From contig CBDBDQ010000005.1 in NCBI GenBank assembly GCA_965203905.1, positions 1,312,001 through 1,376,000 on the forward strand: a stretch of 64,000 nucleotides of DNA. Direction: 5' to 3'. This DNA is from Spirochaetia bacterium. Lineage in GTDB: Bacteria; Spirochaetota; Spirochaetia; SZUA-6; Bin103. Position numbers and translations under genes: made by a program. The notes under the pieces were generated by a model. It made no database searches and was not told the origin of the DNA. It saw only the letters and a list, made by a program, of their open reading frames with translations. Below are positions 61,414 to 64,000 of this stretch, one piece after another (positions within the stretch are counted from its first letter, which is position 1; every line of letters starts with the position of its first letter).

Positions 61414-62502
61414 CTACTCCGCGGCCGGCCACCGCCGCGCGCGCCGCATGAAGACCATTTCGTCGTCCAGCCACTCTCGATAGCCGATGCGGCCGTGATC
61501 GGTCAGCCAGCCGATGTGACCGTCGAGGCACGCCACCAACTCCGTGTCCGCGGCCGCCAGCGCAAAGCCGGCGGTCTCCGCCCGCGAGTCCAGGGCCGCT
61601 ACCACGAAGGCGCCACCATGGCTGCGTGCGTCGGCCCGATTGCCGATCTCGCCCCTCGCGATCGCATCGATCCGCCCGTCCGCCAGCGCCTCGATCAGCG
61701 CCCGGTCATCCCGGAAGTAGATCACCTGGGGCTGACCGGCCATGGCGGGACGCAGATGCCGGCGCCCGTCAAGCACCGGCGTCGCCGCGGCGGCGGTGAT
61801 CGCGTAGGCGGCACTGCCGTCGGCTACCACTGTGCCGCCCGTCGCCGTGGCGACTAGCGTGCCGGCCGCCAGGACTCCGGCGGCGTCGGTGATGCCGGTC
61901 AGCTCCAGCAACCGCGCCTCCCCGGTGGTCCCGGCCAGCGCTCCCACCCGGTCCGCGCTGGTCAGGTCCCGGTGTCGCCCCAGGCGCCCCGCGTCCACGG
62001 CACGCACCAACAGCGACTGGCGGAACACGATGTGGCCAGCGGTAAAGACGATCTCCGGCTTGCCGTCACCGGCGTGCGTGCGCGCCTCGAGGATCGTGAT
62101 GCCGCCGCCCACAACATCGAACTGCGGCCCGGCCGGCAGCAGCCAGATGCCATCCCAGGCCGCGATGCCACGGCGCGAGAACGACAGGTTCAGCCCCTCC
62201 ATCGCTTCGAGCGCGGTCAACAGGTCGGCCTCGTAGCCGAGATGCGCGTTGAACCCGGAGGATGCCGGATCGGGATCCACGCTGTAGCTCACCGGCTCGA
62301 AGTGCGCGTAGAAGCCGAACTGCAGCGTCCTCTCCTGCGGAGGACAGCCACGTACCGATTCGGGCGCGGCGCTGCCAGGCGCGAGGCCCAGCAGCAACGC
62401 CATGATCAACCCGAAGACACAGGGCTGCCGCTGACAGCCCAGCCGCTCCCGGCCCATGACGTGGACCTCCGGCACCAGGTTCCCAGGTAGTTCGTTCTCC
62501 AT
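61414..62502 (-). CDS. ABC transporter substrate-binding protein (family 3-like)
   Basis: FEPVSY...GYEADLL.A, FDVVGGGITI...R, VGALAGTTGE, LADGRIDA. Confidence 0.8.
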   Translation of the reverse strand: MENELPGNLVPEVHVMGRERLGCQRQPCVFGLIMALLLGLAPGSAAPESVRGCPPQERTLQFGFYAHFEPVSYSVDPDPASSGFNAHLGYEADLLTALEAMEGLNLSFSRRGIAAWDGIWLLPAGPQFDVVGGGITILEARTHAGDGKPEIVFTAGHIVFRQSLLVRAVDAGRLGRHRDLTSADRVGALAGTTGEARLLELTGITDAAGVLAAGTLVATATGGTVVADGSAAYAITAAAATPVLDGRRHLRPAMAGQPQVIYFRDDRALIEALADGRIDAIARGEIGNRADARSHGGAFVVAALDSRAETAGFALAAADTELVACLDGHIGWLTDHGRIGYREWLDDEMVFMRRARRWPAAE

Positions 62503-62573
62503 GCACGCCTCTCGCAGCAGCATTTGCGTTCCGCCCCGGTGTGCGGCCGAGCAGGCCCTGAGCAGGTGAGGGG

Positions 62574-62912
62574 TCAGCCCTTCTTGAGCCCCAAGATGAG
62601 ACCAGGAACAGCCCCTACCAGGGCCGGCACGTTGGCGAACAGGACCCCATGGACCACCTGCCACTGGCGCTCCAGGTTCTCCGGGCGCCGCACCTGGTCC
62701 CACCAGGTGGCGACCGGTGCCCAGTTGATGCTGATCACCTCGAAATAGGCCAGCACCTGCAGCAGCGCGAAGGTGAAGCCCAGGAACAACGCCACGAGCT
62801 TGCCCACCTTCTTCATCAGGTACCCCACGCAGAAGCCCAGCGCTCCGCCCAGCGTGACTTGCGCCGCCACCGGAATCAGTTGCTCGCTCACCCCCACGCG
62901 CTTTGCTGCCAA
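62574..62912 (-). CDS. FUN14-family membrane protein
   Basis: Q.TLGG..GFCVGY..KKVGKL.A..LG..F..LQ.L.Y...I.INW. Confidence 0.85.
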   Translation of the reverse strand: MAAKRVGVSEQLIPVAAQVTLGGALGFCVGYLMKKVGKLVALFLGFTFALLQVLAYFEVISINWAPVATWWDQVRRPENLERQWQVVHGVLFANVPALVGAVPGLILGLKKG

Positions 62913-63434
62913 CTCCCGTGCTGCCTGGATCTCCGCCCCGGAAGCGGCACCCCTTACAGCGTTGTCATACGCCGGCTCCTGCTCACGGAGCCAGGGCCGG
63001 CAACAGGTCAGGAGCCACCGTCAGCGCCACGGCCGCCACCACGAGCACTCCCAGCACGATGGCCGTCGCCATCCCCAAGCGGATCCCAACCCGGTCCATA
63101 CCCCATAATCATCGGCAGCCGCCGAGCCGAGTACGACTGCTCCGGCGCGCGGGCGAGCCGATGGGCGCGTGGGGGCGGGCGGCGACGACCGGCGCCCGCG
63201 TCGCTGGGCCGGCGAGTTGGGCGCGGCGGGCGAGCGGGGCCCACCGGCGCCCGCCTCGGGGGGCAGGCGCGGCAGGCTGTCCGGGGTCTGTCTTGGGCCG
63301 GGCCGGTTGACAGCGCGCGGGGGGTTGACGTAGCTTCTTGCCGAGTCGGATTTTTCTAATATGCCCGCCGGCTCGCTACTGCCGATTCAGCTTTGCCAAG
63401 CCCAACCCGATACACCCCAGGAGGCCCGCCCATC

Positions 63435-64000
63435 ATGTTCTTCCGGACTGTGTTCTTCCGGACCGTGCTCTTCCGGACCGTGCACGACAGGAACGTGCTT
63501 GCCGACCTCAGGCTCGCCGGCGTACCGCGCGGCGACTCTTTGCGCCGCGGCCCGGCGCACCCGCGTTTCATGACGCGCCTCGGGCTGGTCCTCGTAGCCA
63601 TGGTCATGGTGCTGGCGCTGGCCGCCTGCGGCGGAGACGACGACGATGACGGCGGTGGCGGCAGTGCCGCCGAACCGGCCCCCGACAGCGGCCAGGGCGC
63701 CAAGGAGCCGGCGCCGGTGGCCGACAGCAACGACGCCTCGATCAGCGGCACCGTGAGCTTCAAGGGCGATGCGCCGGAAATGGCGGTGCTGGACATGGCG
63801 GCCGATCCGGTGTGTGCCGAGAAGAACCAGGAAGACCCCAAGCGGCGCCAGGTGCTGGTGCTCGGCGACAGCCAGCGCATCGCCAACGTGCTGGTGCAGA
63901 TCAAGGGCGGCCTGCCGTCGATGGAGCATGATGCGCCCGCCGAGGTGGTGGAGTTCGACCAGGGCGGCTGCCAGTACAGCCCGCACGTGTTCGCGCTGCG
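63435..64000 (+). CDS. lipoprotein with carboxypeptidase-regulatory/cupredoxin-like domain, partial at the window edge
   Basis: SD AGGAGG; LAACGG lipobox, ISGTVSFKG, DPVC, DQGGCQYSPHV; alternative start at 63570. Confidence 0.75.
   Translation, partial: MFFRTVFFRTVLFRTVHDRNVLADLRLAGVPRGDSLRRGPAHPRFMTRLGLVLVAMVMVLALAACGGDDDDDGGGGSAAEPAPDSGQGAKEPAPVADSNDASISGTVSFKGDAPEMAVLDMAADPVCAEKNQEDPKRRQVLVLGDSQRIANVLVQIKGGLPSMEHDAPAEVVEFDQGGCQYSPHVFAL

Overview
GC-rich bacterial accessory region. The LptC type, the Rpn repertoire and the lipoprotein families are reminiscent of marine host-associated Spirochaetota, but this is inference. Intact genes include a MalT-like and two PAS-LuxR regulators, a membrane LytTR regulator, four related lipoproteins, C1A and C70/C39-like cysteine peptidases, a GHL10 hydrolase, a GT22 mannosyltransferase, a TMTC-like GT-C/TPR protein, a CREST/ceramidase, a CPBP protease, FUN14, several Rpn/PD-(D/E)XK nucleases, a DUF222-like HNH protein and a 1558-aa autotransporter with a ~53-Pro + ~53x(EPP) stalk. 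A 4157-bp IS21-family element (AATG target duplication) splits a hybrid sensor kinase/response regulator and carries a non-coding array of ~342-bp tandem repeats with an invariant 96-bp core. Most strikingly, the spaces between genes are a patchwork of about 25 short (50-600 bp) gene fragments, many of them near-identical copies of genes that are intact elsewhere in this window, plus an orphan IS21 end; these fragments flank lower-GC foreign-looking genes. No rRNA, tRNA or CRISPR array was found. All family calls come from motif recognition by eye, not database searches.
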